64,000 nt of DNA, taken from the NCBI GenBank assembly GCA_964016885.1, contig OZ024740.1, positions 148,242,001 through 148,306,000 on the forward strand. Reading direction: 5' to 3'. Made by a program: the position numbers and the translations under genes. Below, piece by piece: positions 37,369 to 50,096 of the stretch (the stretch's first letter is position 1; each line of letters begins with the position of its first letter). Under the pieces are notes generated by a model that did not search any database, was not told the origin of the DNA, and saw only the letters and a program-made list of their open reading frames with translations. Origin of the DNA: Eledone cirrhosa. Taxonomy: Eukaryota.

Positions 37369-38045
37369 TGTGTGTCTGTGTGTCTCTGTGTGTGTGTGTG
37401 CGTGAGCTTGCGTGCCTGCGTGTGAATATGTATGTATCAGTTATCTTTGCGATGACAGTTAAGATTCTGATGGCGGGTGCTTCAAAGAACTGTTCTAACA
37501 TTTCACAACTGATCACTGTCAACAAGCTAATACATCTGTGTGTCCTTTATTTCTGTCCTGCCAGTTGCACTATCAACCGGCCGTCTCTCTACTTAACTAA
37601 ATATAATTACAGAAAAAAATAAATGTGTGTGTTGTGTGTGTGTTTATGTTTACGTCTGTGTCTGTCTTTAAGTACTAGAGTCGATATGATCGCCATAATT
37701 AAGGCGGTGCCTCGGCATGACCGCAGTTTACTAGAAACATACAACCGGTAAAAGAATAAAAGAGTACACACACACACAGATACACACACACACACACTCA
37801 CACATACCCACACACATATATATATATATATAATAGAATTAGGATATATATATATATATCGAGAGAGAGAAGTGTACATGAAGACATATAAACATATGAT
37901 ACATTTATATACAATAAACATATTGGTAGCCTCGCTGCCGAAGAAAAAATATTTTTTCGTAACGAAATGAAACGACGAAAAGAATTATATATTTTCTCTA
38001 TTTTTTTTTTATAATAGAGTTGCCACTCTATTATGAGAGTATCAA

Positions 38046-38267
38046 GGGCAGTGGATTGGCAGTATCGGTAGAAGGTCGGGCGCTGTGCTTTGCAGCATAG
38101 AGTTACGGCCCTTTATGATCTGAGTTCAAATCCCGCCGAGGTTGACTTTGCCTTTCATCCTTACGAGGTCGCTAAAATAAAGTACCAGTGACGCACTGGT
38201 AGCGATTTAATCGACTTTTCACTCCCCCAAAATTGATGGCCTTGTGCCTATATAAGAAACCATTATG
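38046..38267 (+). mobile_element. SINE S1 with 14-bp TSD
   Basis: TTATGAGAGTATCA at 38031-38044 and 38268-38281. Confidence 0.92.
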
Positions 38268-39082
38268 TTATGAGAGTATCAGACACAGCTGGTTCAAGAT
38301 TCATTGATCCTTCATCAGTGACACTCACTCAGAATATACTGGCAAGGAATAAATTACATTCTATATAGTATTTTGCGTGATGATTACTTGCCGGTGAATG
38401 CAGTTTTACTCCTTTAGGGGCCAAAGATAAGGGGTAAATGACCATGTGTGTTGTTGGTGCTATTTGTAATTTTTGTTTTGTTACTTTTGCTTTTGTCGCT
38501 GCTGTTGCTGCTGATGTTAACGTCAATGTGTTTGTTGTTTGTTTGTGTTGTATTTTTTGCCGTTGTGGTGGTACTAGAGGTCACTATTGTGGCGGTGAAG
38601 GCGTCGGCGTTCACGGTGGTGGACGTGGCAGTGGTGGTAAGTTAAATTCATCACCTGCCTCACGATACCTTTGATTTTGGTTGTTGTTGGCATCGCTGAT
38701 GTCCCTTCATTACTGTTGCTGTTTTTGTTGCTGCTGTAGTTGTTGGTGGTGACAATGATCTTGTTGGTGATGTCTGTAGTGCTGGTGGCAACAGTCGTAA
38801 CTTTAGTGGTGACGTGGCTGTTCTCGTTTTTCTGATGCAGATTGAAGCTCCTACTGGGAGAAGAAAATTCGGTGTCCGTCATGTTTCTTTTGTTAAATTG
38901 GGGTGGAGGTGGGGGTGGGGCAAATCACAAAACAAATACAGATTTAGCCTTTTAGGGGCCAAAGATTAGGGGGAAATGGCCAACTCCCTTAGAAGCTGGT
39001 TATGTCAGACACAGAAATATTAAAAAATTTAAGCAATATCGGTTTTTATAACTTACAGTAGATGTTCAATGTAAAGAAGAGA

Positions 39083-39378
39083 AATAATTGTTTCTACTTT
39101 GGCACAAGTCCAGCAATTATCCCAGTGCATTACTGGTGTTTTGTTTTATCGCCCCCGTAAGGATGAAAGACAAAGTTAACTCTGGCGGGATTTGAACTCA
39201 GATCGTAAAGGGCCGTAAAGAAAAGCAATGATAATAATGATTTCTGGTTTAGGCACAAGGCCAACAATTTGGGGGAAGAGAAAGTTGATTAAATCCCCCA
39301 GTGCATTACTGGTACTTTATCCTATCGACCCTGGAAGGATGAAAGGCAAAGCTAACCTCGGAGGGGATTTGAACTCAG
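39083..39378 (-). mobile_element. Two tandem truncated SINE S1 copies
   Basis: S1 homology at 39083-39218 and 39235-39378. Confidence 0.85.
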
Positions 39379-42300
39379 CGCATTTAAATTTGTAATCAGT
39401 ATGAATTATAAATTTATATCAGACATTACGTACTGATGTTCCCTGTTATAGATTAGTGCGCTCCCCCTTTGGAGATCTATATCACCTGGTTAATGACTGA
39501 AACCGGACCTATGCATGTCTTAAAAACGCATGGAGCTTAGGAGGCATTTATCTACATAAAATGAATGTTGACTTCAGGAGGCCTGGAACGCAAGACTGTC
39601 AGTTACCGAAGTAGATGAAAGAAACAGGCAGTCATTAATATTCACAGCTTGTTGTAACTATTACTCATCTGCTAGCATCGGTATGATGTTAACATTATTA
39701 ATACATTTTTGTTTGTGCCGTAATCGTATTGCATACATTAACCGGAATGTAACAGGGAACCTATATTGTTGACTGCAATAACTAAATATTTATGTATCAG
39801 TACATATACTAACATCAGTCATAAATTTCCGACTAATATTTTACAATTATATAATTCTCTAAATGCCACACAATGAGTCGGAGATACTGTTGATAAAACA
39901 GGAATATAGAGCAAGCATGAGGCGTCCATTAAGAAGTTTAGACAAGGCATATCAAAAACTCAATTTAGACGCAAAACGATTTATAAGGTTTCGAAATATG
40001 CAGAAATGAATAAATGGATGAATAAATAGTGATATAAATTTATAAATACATAAATGTAAAAAATATGGTCGGGAAAAATAGAATCAAAATAGAAAGTAAA
40101 ACAAAATATGAAATTGTTTATATGTAAGATTAACATTACTTAGATTCGAACTGATCTGATATGTTGCAACATGTTTGTCTCTCGTAAAGAGATAACATAC
40201 AGCAGCTGCCGCCATTTATTTCGTTTAATTCAAACGAGTTTCCTGTTTTAGGGAAAAAAAAAGGTTCCGGTTGCTTACTGTTATTTCCTCTCCGAACGCC
40301 GACATAACCACACCCGCTGTACTTAATGTTATCATCATCATCATCATCATTATTATTATTGTTATTATTATTGTTATTTGTTTATTTTCTTGCATAAAGT
40401 TGTCTACTCGAGGGAATTACATTCATTTCCGTTATCCTCATAAAACAAAAGAAGAAAATGACGATAAGAAGAGATAGAAGAAAAGGGGAAAGAAGAGCAA
40501 AGAGAATAATATAGCAAAGACAATGATGAAAATAAAGAAGAGATGAGGATAAAATATAAAACGAAGTAATAGAGGGAGGATAAGGGATGTCACCAGTAAA
40601 ATATAGTTTCAGGAAAGATTAGAACAACTACGGTATGGTCTCAGGCCGTTTTATTACTAATGTCAAAATAGCCTAATCACTAAACCAGTTGTACATAATG
40701 GATAAAATAACAGGTTCGATCTCGGATTGATATGAGGATTACATTTCTTTGGATATTTTACAGCAATACTGCTAATTGTTGTTTAGTCTGTTGTTAGTCC
40801 TGAACAAGCTGAGTTATGATCAAAATCATTTTGTCCATGACCATATTGTCTTTATCCGAGAACTGCATTATCCAAGTGTCCTTACATGAGGACATTTCAA
40901 GATAGGAAGGCGTGATTTGAAGGAGATTTGGCTGCTATTACTAACAAGTCATGCAACCAGGTAAAAATTCCTTTGATGACTCACTTGAAAGTAAACATGT
41001 GTTTGTCGTGTTATACTGAACATCATATAGACACATATATATACATAATGGTTTCTAATGGTGGCTGTTTTCTTTGAAGTTTCAACGCCGTTATTGGGTT
41101 ATCTTTGGAGATTATTTTATCTGACGTATAAGGATATATTTTCTAGCCAAGAAAGCTCAATATTTTCGCTGTTGATGAGCCGTTGGCAACAAATGTAAAT
41201 CGCCGGACTAGATTTATGGCAATATTCATTTAATTTTTTTTCGTTGAGGGTGGTGTAGTTCCCATAACCTAGTTCAAGGCCTCAGAGACTGATCGGAGGA
41301 AAGAATGTGTTTTCCGAATTACACTGGTGTCAAATTTTCCTTTTATCCACCCTCATGTCAACAATAATAGGAACATACAGATTTAAATACTATCCACATA
41401 TTTTCCCATCCATACATGGTGATTTCTGTGTGCCTAGTGAAATTTAAAACAAGATATTTAAAATTACACCAACACAGAGCAATAATTTTGTTCCTGAAAA
41501 GTCAAATTATCGATGCAGTTTCAATTCACTTCAAACACAGCCTTGGCACTAACTGTGACACGCTGAACTACCCTGAAAATTAAGTTAAGGGAGCATGTGT
41601 CAGTGGAATGCTCGACAATCTATATGTTGATTTAACGAGCAGTTTCTTCCATTGATCAAACTACTGGAATATTCGTCGTCGAAACAGACGGAGAAACAAA
41701 ACATGGACTGGCCAGCTCAACTGAGAAGTCAAATTTTCAGTTTTTGTTGTTAGAATATATAGCTAAAACATCAAAACTCGCTGCTATACTGAGTGCTAGC
41801 AAGGTAAAAATTGATTTCTAACACTGGTACACTACACACTAACAATGTTTTAGAGGAAGTTGGGGTATAACCGATTAAATTGACTTCATTACACAACTGA
41901 TACATTACTTCATCGACCACTTAAAGATGAAAAAGAAACTTGATCTCACAGAATTTGAACGGAAAGCACATTAGCTAAATACCCCAAATCATGTTGCCCG
42001 ATGCTTTAATGACTCTGCCATTCCACTGCCCTAACCAATGTAAAATTGGTAAAGGTTTCTTTGATATTTTTTCTCGAGCATTTTGCGCTGGTGAACAGTG
42101 AAATGCAAAAATAGTCTTTCTGCACAGCTATTTTCTATACCTATATAATACATTTTATCATTATTTATGACATTAAAAATAGGAATAACTGTGCCTTAAA
42201 TGCCACACATTTTCATGTCCAGTCCAGAAGAAAAATTGATTAAGCAGTACATATGTAGACGGTAATCTAAAATCTTCAGCAGCTTCGAAAAGAGAGTAGT

Positions 42301-42996
42301 GCTATTGTATGTGAAATGAAATTTTTAAAATCTACTTTTGAACACTCCCCACCACACACAAACTGTATAGTTTCCGGTAAAATCCCTCGATGCATAATGG
42401 GATTTAGTAACATTTTTTAAAATGAATGTTATTGCCTTTATTGGTATTCTCTTAAGAGAAAGAATATATATATATATTTTGAAAATCTATATCAATAGAC
42501 ATAAATCAAACGAATGCATTTCTATTTCTTAAGATCGCATTTCTCTTAAATTCTTAACACAAGAAACGAATATCATTTGTTCCACATATCACATACATAT
42601 AAGGGGGAAAATGATATAATAACACATTTACACACACTGAGATGCACACACACAGGCACACAGACACACACAGACACACACAGACACACACACATGCAAA
42701 CACACACACACATGTATATATTGGCCACCACTGAAATACGATCTCGCTGAAATTATATTTGTGTATATATATACATACAGTTATTATGAGTAGACAGTAG
42801 CACAGAAACTGTCCACAGTTAGGATGTGATGATTTACAAATATCATTACACGCACCTAGTAGTTTATTTACTAATAACGAAATGTGTGCACTCTGTGTTA
42901 TAAGTTTGTATTCCTAACGTACAAATCTTGTAGTATCATTGAGCGAGTAAGTAATGGCCGGAACTGTACAGACTCTTTTTGACTAGCTGCGTAAAG

Positions 42997-43036
<40 letters not shown>

Positions 43037-43044
43037 ACCCTCCC

Positions 43045-43135
<91 letters not shown>

Positions 43136-43136
<1 letters not shown>

Positions 43137-43951
43137 GTATAATTCTTAATAGGAACAATATAAAAATATCCTTCTCTACTACTCCTAACCTAGCAGACAT
43201 CATAGGAACAACGAACCACAGTAAGATCACCAAGACACAGCACCTCGACACAGACGCACCTACACCTGTCAATAACTATAGCGGCCTTAACAACTCCCTA
43301 GCAGCATCCAATAGCGCTGGCAACGGCCTCCGCAGACGCAACCAGCATAACCGCGAAATGACTGGGGAACATGCAGGACATGACGTGCGGAATAACAATC
43401 GCACCACCCCGCGTGCTGTGGGTTGTTATGGTGATAACGACAGCTGCGGGAGCTTAGATAACAACGTAGGCAGCAACAATGATCGCCTTACCGTGGGAAA
43501 TGGATGGAACCGCGACAAAAATTGCAACTGCCGCGACAGAGGACGCTGCCCCCTTAGAGGATACTGCTTGACTGATAGGGTTATATATAGATGCACTGTA
43601 ACTAGCCACAATAGCGTTAAACATTATATAGGGGCTACCTCCGGCCCGTTCAAAATTAGGTTTCAAACACATCTCCACTCTTTCACAAATAAAAGATTAA
43701 GACACTCCACTTCGCTCGCGGACTACATCACATCACTAAAGGATTTAAACATCAACTTCTCCACGCACTGGGATATTGTCGGCAGGGCTGCACCATGCAA
43801 CTTCAAGAGGAAGTGCGATCTTTGACTCATGGAGCTCTACCACATTATAACTGCACCCCACGAGCTCATCAACAGCAGAGCTGAAACAGCGATAAGTTGT
43901 ACACATCGCTTAAAAATATCCTTCTTCAGATGGGTTAAGGATGAGGAGTGA
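43136..43951 (+). pseudogene. PLE C-terminal ORF (thumb end, linker, GIY-YIG endonuclease) with a single in-frame TGA
   Basis: [30 protein letters not shown]...H, TSL..YI, CDL*, INSRAE..SCTHR, all in one frame. Confidence 0.85.
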
Positions 43952-44570
43952 AACCGTGCACCGGCTCTCCCTGGAACAAGTTTTAACACCCCGGCGGGCA
44001 GGCGCTGCAAAATAACACCCAGGAAACTAACCATGCATACCAGACCCAGCCTCAAACAACCCAGACAAACGGATGCGACAAACAAACGTCTCAAAATAAG
44101 CGTAGGTTACATGACCCTGTGCGTATCGACAATGGTAAGGTTGTAACCGCATCTTGTAACGGATACAAATTTGTCCGGGAAAGACTGCCCTAACACCGGC
44201 CAGAGTTACCTCCCTTGACCTGCTGCAAAATCAAAACACGCTATTTTTGCGATCAATGAACCTTGACGTGAATTTAACCCCCAAAACTCTTTCCGAGCAA
44301 TGTAAGGAACACTTTTTATTATTTATGCCCTTGAGAAGCCGAACTGGGCGAAACGTACGTAGGTGGTGTTTTAAATAAACATGTTTAACGGTCTATTCTC
44401 CGATTTCTTACTTTTCCAAGTGTTTATGCTCTGCTAACTCTCTAGCCCACTAAATATTAACACTTCGAATATTTAATAATGCCAGCACTAGTATCGAGCA
44501 CCTTGGCAAATAACTATATGTATCACCTATCCTCCCCTTTTTTTTCTCTCTCTCGATACACAAATACTGT
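43952..44570 (+). mobile_element. PLE 3' UTR/pLTR and tail
   Basis: Follows the GIY-YIG ORF. Contains an HHR, AATAAA and ATCGAGCAC, and ends at (TA)n. Confidence 0.75.
44328..44364 (+). ncRNA. Minimal HHR, U3-A8 core variant
   Basis: CC-TTGAGAA-GCC(GAACTG)GGC-GAAA-CGTACG-TA-GG. Confidence 0.7.
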
Positions 44571-45090
44571 ATATATATATATATATATATTTCTTGTAAA
44601 TAAACATTCACTTCTATCCTGACGTCACTAGCCCCGTTTTTTCCTCATGTGCTTTTTCATAATTACACATGAAGGCGAACTAGCCAGTTTTAGAATTCCC
44701 TTTTTCGGATTATATTACTGTGAGAGCCCTGGTTTTCTGTTGAGCTCTGCTGATGAATGAAATCCAACTGTGACCATCTCCACTGAAAGTTTTCATGAAA
44801 TAGTCTTTTAAGACTATACAGAGCATTTGATGTTATTCCAAATTGAAGGATAAGTGTTTCAAACTTTATTTTATCATGAGTTAAAGGTCTATAGATTTTT
44901 CCCCGGATTTCACTAAATTCTGTGGATGAATTTATATCCTGATTCTCTTTTGAGATGAGTTTGAGTTATTTTTCCTAAATCTTTCGTTAACTACTTTTCC
45001 CATCTTGACGTTATAGTCGCATATATGTTATAGAATGCCGTTAGCTTCTTGCTAAAACAATCTCTATACCTCTCATTTATATATATATAT

Positions 45091-45415
45091 ATTTATTAAA
45101 ATAACAGATTAAAGTTTAAGCAAAGAATCGCTGCTTTCACCCTTAACGGGATCTTCTGAAACTAACAAAGTCAATCTGTGAACGCAGAAGTGAATATTTT
45201 AAAAAACGTTGCAACCGGAGGTGGAAACGTTCCCTGGCAAAGAACGGGACAAAACGAATATAATACGTCATTATTTGGAGCGGTGAAAAACAATTACACG
45301 CAAAGACAAAACCACGTTTATGGTATAAAAGAAGTCGTAGACTAATATTCTATTAGGTGGTTCATAGAGACGTTCTCTGGCATTGAACGGAAAAAACGAA
45401 GATAATACGTCAATG
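45091..45415 (-). mobile_element. Family Z 3' fragment with CAGAAGA HHR (45113-45163)
   Basis: Homologous to 12116-12460. Confidence 0.85.
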
Positions 45416-45968
45416 TGAAGTTGAAGATGTTAGGACCCTTTATTACTTGAGCGGTTATGCATATTTCAATGACGATAGATATCGTGATTTCTTCAGACAG
45501 CAACAATTGATTAAAGGGTAATATTTCCGAGGCAATTTTGAGTGGAAGGGAGCGGACTTCGGCCAAGGTGGTGGGTGTCTGGTAGGTAGAGAGAACAAAT
45601 AAGGTTGGTGGTATTCTCGGTTGTAGTTGTGTGGTCAGCCACCCACACCTCTGTAACTAAATAGGGTTGTCGGGATGACCTAGAAGTTAGAAGGGAGCGG
45701 ACGCTCGAAGCAAAACCATACACATTTTTTTAGTCCGCTCTCTTCCACCCAAAATTGCTTCAGAAATGTTACCTTTTAATCAATTTCTGCTGTCTGAAGA
45801 AATGACGATATTTATCGTCATTGAAATATGTATAACGGGTGAATTAATAAAGGACCCTAACATCGTCAACTTCGTATTTTCCTCTTTATTAATATACTCC
45901 GTCATCCTTGTTTTTTTGGGAAGTAATATGGCGTTGAGTACTAGAAGTGAATTGCATCCTTATATACC

Positions 45969-45970
<2 letters not shown>
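45415..45970. mobile_element. Fold-back element with HHR in both arms and tail
   Basis: Arms ~45417-45558 and ~45732-45874. The tail contains ATACTCC and TTGAGTACT. Confidence 0.8.
45789..45839 (+). ncRNA. Type I HHR (mirror copy at 45451-45501, minus)
   Basis: GCTGT-CTGAAGA-AATGACGAT(ATTT)ATCGTCATT-GAAA-TATGTA-TA-ACGG. Perfect 9-bp stem II. Confidence 0.82.
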
Positions 45971-46027
<57 letters not shown>

Positions 46028-46032
<5 letters not shown>

Positions 46033-47159
46033 ATGCTTTGGGGGGGGGGGGGTCATGTTGCCAATAAGAAAACACGCACCAGTTGCTTTCACTTCAATTT
46101 ATTATAAATTAAATTTATAAATTTAAGAATTTATAAATTTCCGGTTGGTTGGTTGGTTCCACAACCAGACGATTGTTCATATATTGTCAAAGTTCTTTCG
46201 TCACATATTCTGTGACCTCTTCAGTGACTGGGGATTCTTTTCTTTGTTTTTGTGCCTCTCCTTTGTTCTGTCCTACGCCATCTTGTTTTTGTGTGTGTTG
46301 TGTGCTTAGTTTGCGCATGTGTTACATCAGGGTGTCTGTGTGTGTGTTTATATCTGTTTATTTATTTGTTTATTTACATGTTACTGGTTGGTTGTTTGTT
46401 CTATGTGTGTGTTTGTTTTCATTTTGTCCTTAATTGCAAGTTGTGATGTTGTTATTCCATTCATGTTTTCTATTTAATTTTGGTTGGAGTTCATTTATGT
46501 TTATTGCCTCTGTGATTTGTCTAAACATTGGTCTTTTCTGTGTGTAGATTCTATTTTTATTTCTATGTTCTCTAATTTATCCTTTTGTACTATTTTAGAA
46601 TGTTGGTGGAGTACAGATGATTCTTTACTATCTTGAAGCTCTCGCCAGTGTTCATTTATCTGCTATCTCACCTTTGTACACTATTTTCTTATCTCTACAT
46701 TGTTCTTCAGTACATCTTATGCTATATACTACATTTCTAGTTTTACAGTTAATATGTTTAGTTTACAGATTATACATTTCTTATCTATACAGGGAGGTCT
46801 TTGAAAAGGGTATGTATTGCTAATACGTGTTTTTATGGAGGCACACAACACACACAAAAACAAGATGGCGTAGGACAGAACAAAGGAGAGGCACAAAAAC
46901 AAAGAAATAATCCCCAGAAGAGGTCACAGAATGTGTGACGAAAGAACTTTGACAATATATGAACAATCATCTGGTTGTGGAACCAACCAACCGACCGGAA
47001 ATTTATAAATTCTTAAATTTATAAATTTAATTTATAATAAATTGAAGTGAAACTGGTGCGTGTGTTTCTTATTGGCAACATGACCCTCCCAAAGCATAAC
47101 AATATCGGTTTCAACACACGTTTTCAGATAAAGAATCTTGCTAAACAAATTCAGAAACG

Positions 47160-47162
<3 letters not shown>
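46028..47162 (-). mobile_element. PLE family Y: GIY-YIG remnant, pLTR and inverted copy with tail
   Basis: Minus-strand remnant ~46430-46800 (CKTRNVVYSIRC..VYKGE..RQITEAI..LNRKHEW). HHR at 46186-46228. Arms ~46028-46298 and ~46849-47103. Confidence 0.85.
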
Positions 47163-47230
<68 letters not shown>

Positions 47231-47334
47231 TTTCGCATTTCTAAAGAAACACGGTTTTAGGAAGCCGTAGCTATGCAAACACCGGGGTGGGGGTAACGCC
47301 CTCTGGTGGTGTCCAGCAGAAGCGAGGGGGACAG

Positions 47335-47377
47335 CCGTCTATGCATTTCAGACTTGACTGGTCTTCCTCAGGACGGT
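47335..47377 (-). ncRNA. Intact minimal type I HHR
   Basis: CCGTC-CTGAGGA-AGAC(CAGTCAA)GTCT-GAAA-TGCA-TA-GACGG. Confidence 0.85.
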
Positions 47378-47485
47378 CCTTCCCACCGCTTGCAACTGCT
47401 GGACTTTGAAGACAGGCGGGAATATATAGTTTTCTCGTCTGTGTAAATGAGGTGATTGATCTCATTTGCATATGAAGCTGCAGGG

Positions 47486-47529
47486 ACCGTCCTGAAGAAG
47501 ACCAGTCAAGTCTGAAATGCATAGACGGT
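47486..47529 (+). ncRNA. Intact minimal type I HHR
   Basis: ACCGTC-CTGAAGA-AGAC(CAGTCAA)GTCT-GAAA-TGCA-TA-GACGGT. Confidence 0.88.
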
Positions 47530-47750
47530 TGTCCCCCTTGCTCTTGCTGGACACCAGCAGAGGTGTTTTCATAGCCACAGCTTCCTAAAACCCTGTTTCA
47601 ACCATCGGGGTCCTGACACTTTCCCTATATATATATTATTATATATATATATAAGAGTGTCAACATGAATGGACCTGTTATTTTTATCTAAAGACATCTT
47701 TTCCAATTCCAACCCACCCGTCCCTTCAATCTATCTTATTTCTCATTCTT

Positions 47751-47786
47751 TCTTCTGATGAAGGACTAGTGTCCGAAACGTAAAGA
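47751..47786 (+). ncRNA. Intact minimal type I HHR
   Basis: TCTT-CTGATGA-A-GGAC(TAGT)GTCC-GAAA-CG-TA-AAGA. Confidence 0.82.
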
Positions 47787-47911
47787 CCCCCGTCTTGCTA
47801 TATCAAGTGTTAACCTAATATATTCCTTCAATATACTGTACCGATTGTGTTTTTATTTCTGTTTACCTTTTACACACACACACACACACCACACATATAT
47901 ATATAAAGCCA

Positions 47912-47960
<49 letters not shown>

Positions 47961-47977
47961 ACATATATATAAAGCCA

Positions 47978-48023
<46 letters not shown>

Positions 48024-48399
48024 AAGCCACAAACACACACACTCACATATATTATAGTACATTCTGGAGGGGCGCATCCAAGGTAGAACATTGAGAGGAA
48101 GACAAGGGAGACGCAAGATGATGTTTCCAGGCAACCGACTGAAGAACGCTGCCGGAGTGCATGGCCGTAGTTTGGGGAGGTGCCAGTGGAGAGTAATGGT
48201 GCAATCATCCAAGGTCTCCGACTTTCAGGAATGACAATAGGAAATAATGATAATGATGATGATGATTTTTAATAAAAAATATAATTATAGAAACCTGACT
48301 TCTAAGGTTAGTTGGCCATAGCGATCTGTGTTATTATCATCTTTATACTAATAAAAATGTGCCACACACAAGTCAACTCACTTTTTGCTGACTTAGGTT

Positions 48400-48960
48400 T
48401 TATTGTTGTCTTTAGCTCATTGTGAGGTGCTGATTTAAAATATGGCACCCTTCTCTCGCCCAACAAGTGGTTGGTGTCTGATATTCCTCTCCTCAACTGT
48501 CAAACTTTTTCTAACTGGCCAGTGCTTCTGTTCCCAATGTTTGTCTTCCATTCGGCTATCGCATAAACACAGGAAACACTGATATTTTGTATACCCTCCT
48601 TGTTGGCCAAGTAAACATTTAACATTTTCATATCCACACACATGCCCCATTTGTGTTCATCTTACTTGAGTAAATCTAATAGAGTTTTTATGTTTTCATG
48701 CTTCTCTTTTAAGGGCATAAAGTGACCAATAGGAATTGCACCTAACGAGTTTCCATTATGGAGTAATATACATTTTAGACTATTCTTCGGACTATCTATA
48801 AAAAGTCCCCATTCATGTGGATCCTACTGTAGATCATCCATCGCTTTTAACAGTCCCGTCACGTGATTTAAAAAAAAAGGTATTGTCATTTCTAAACTCA
48901 ACACCCCCAAATTACTCAAACTTATGTCAGCAGAAAAATAACAAAATTGTGTTGACCAGT
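48400..48960 (-). pseudogene. Chapaev3-like DNA transposase fragment
   Basis: LFIDS..SLKC.LLHNGN, LLGQQGGYTKYQCFLC.CDSR, HW..K.WPVR, PLV.REK. A possible CACTG-type terminus lies at ~48960. The family assignment rests on recalled motifs. Confidence 0.62.
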
Positions 48961-49609
48961 GTTATCAATAGTATGTATGTAGGTCATGAATTGCAATTTT
49001 CATGGTTCCAGGTATTGATGCTTTGTTTGAATGCATTTCTTGTACTGGTACGTTAAACATACTGCTTCCAAAAGTATATATGTTACATACAGTTTATCAA
49101 GTGTTATTTTTTTAGAAAATTCTCAAGGAAAATTTTTTGTAAGCGATGGAAATGTATACATGCGTGTAGAATGTGTTTTACGATGAATTTTGTTGTAAGC
49201 AACGAGTATTGTTAGTCCATTATATCTGCAATTTACTATTTATTGCCACAGCTGATGTGCATATCCGGTTGCTTGTGTTTTGTCGTTTCAGGGAGTAAGT
49301 TTTAAAATTAATGAGAATTGCTTATCAATCTTACGTCTATCTCTGAAATATTATAAGACTACTGGGTTGTTAAGCTGCAGCTGGTTTTGTCAACGGGCTT
49401 ACTGCTGCAAACAGCGCGGAAAGAATACATATCTGATAATACCTTTGACTTACTTGTAATCCTAACGTGAATATGTTACCATTATTTAACCCCACCCCAG
49501 GTCAACCTCGTAGTTGAGCAAACCCTTGTGAAAAATGTCCACACAGGAATATAACAGTTTCCCCCTCCAGATATAATGCATCTTGCACTACATTATTAAA
49601 TACTTTTGT

Positions 49610-49792
49610 GTGGATTGGCAGTATCGGTAGAGGGTCGGATGCCATGCTTTGAAGCATAGAGTTACCTTCCTGTATGATCTGAGTTCAAATCCCGCCGAGG
49701 TTAACTTTGCCTTTCATCCTTCCGGGGTCGATAGAACAAAGTACCAGTAATGCATTGGGTAATTGCAGGCCTTGTGCCAAAAAGTAGAAACA
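49610..49792 (+). mobile_element. SINE S1 with 18-bp TSD
   Basis: ATTATTAAATACTTTTGT at 49592-49609 and 49793-49810. Confidence 0.92.
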
Positions 49793-50045
49793 ATTATTAA
49801 ATACTTTTGTTCGGCACACGTAGAACAGACACATGTATCCCGTCTTTTTTTTCATAGAAATGATGTATGTAAAATTATACCATTGAATGTACCATCCTTC
49901 TTTGAAGAATGTAGAAAGTGATTTGCGAGAGATTTGGCATTAATTCTAGTTTGTTCAGTAACTGTATTCGGGCTCCTTTGCTTGTTCGTTCTCTACAACC
50001 GCACCCAATCATACTCACATACATACTCAAACATACATACACAAA

Positions 50046-50089
<44 letters not shown>

Positions 50090-50096
<7 letters not shown>

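Larger units (their letters stand above)
47225..47630. mobile_element. Family H fold-back element
   Basis: Inverted arms with an HHR in each. Homologous to 61985-62460. Confidence 0.8.

Noticed and set aside
44103-44310. SECIS candidates beginning ATGA at 44111 and 44256
   Set aside because: Hairpins form, but the 3' GA of the non-Watson-Crick quartet is not in register by eye.
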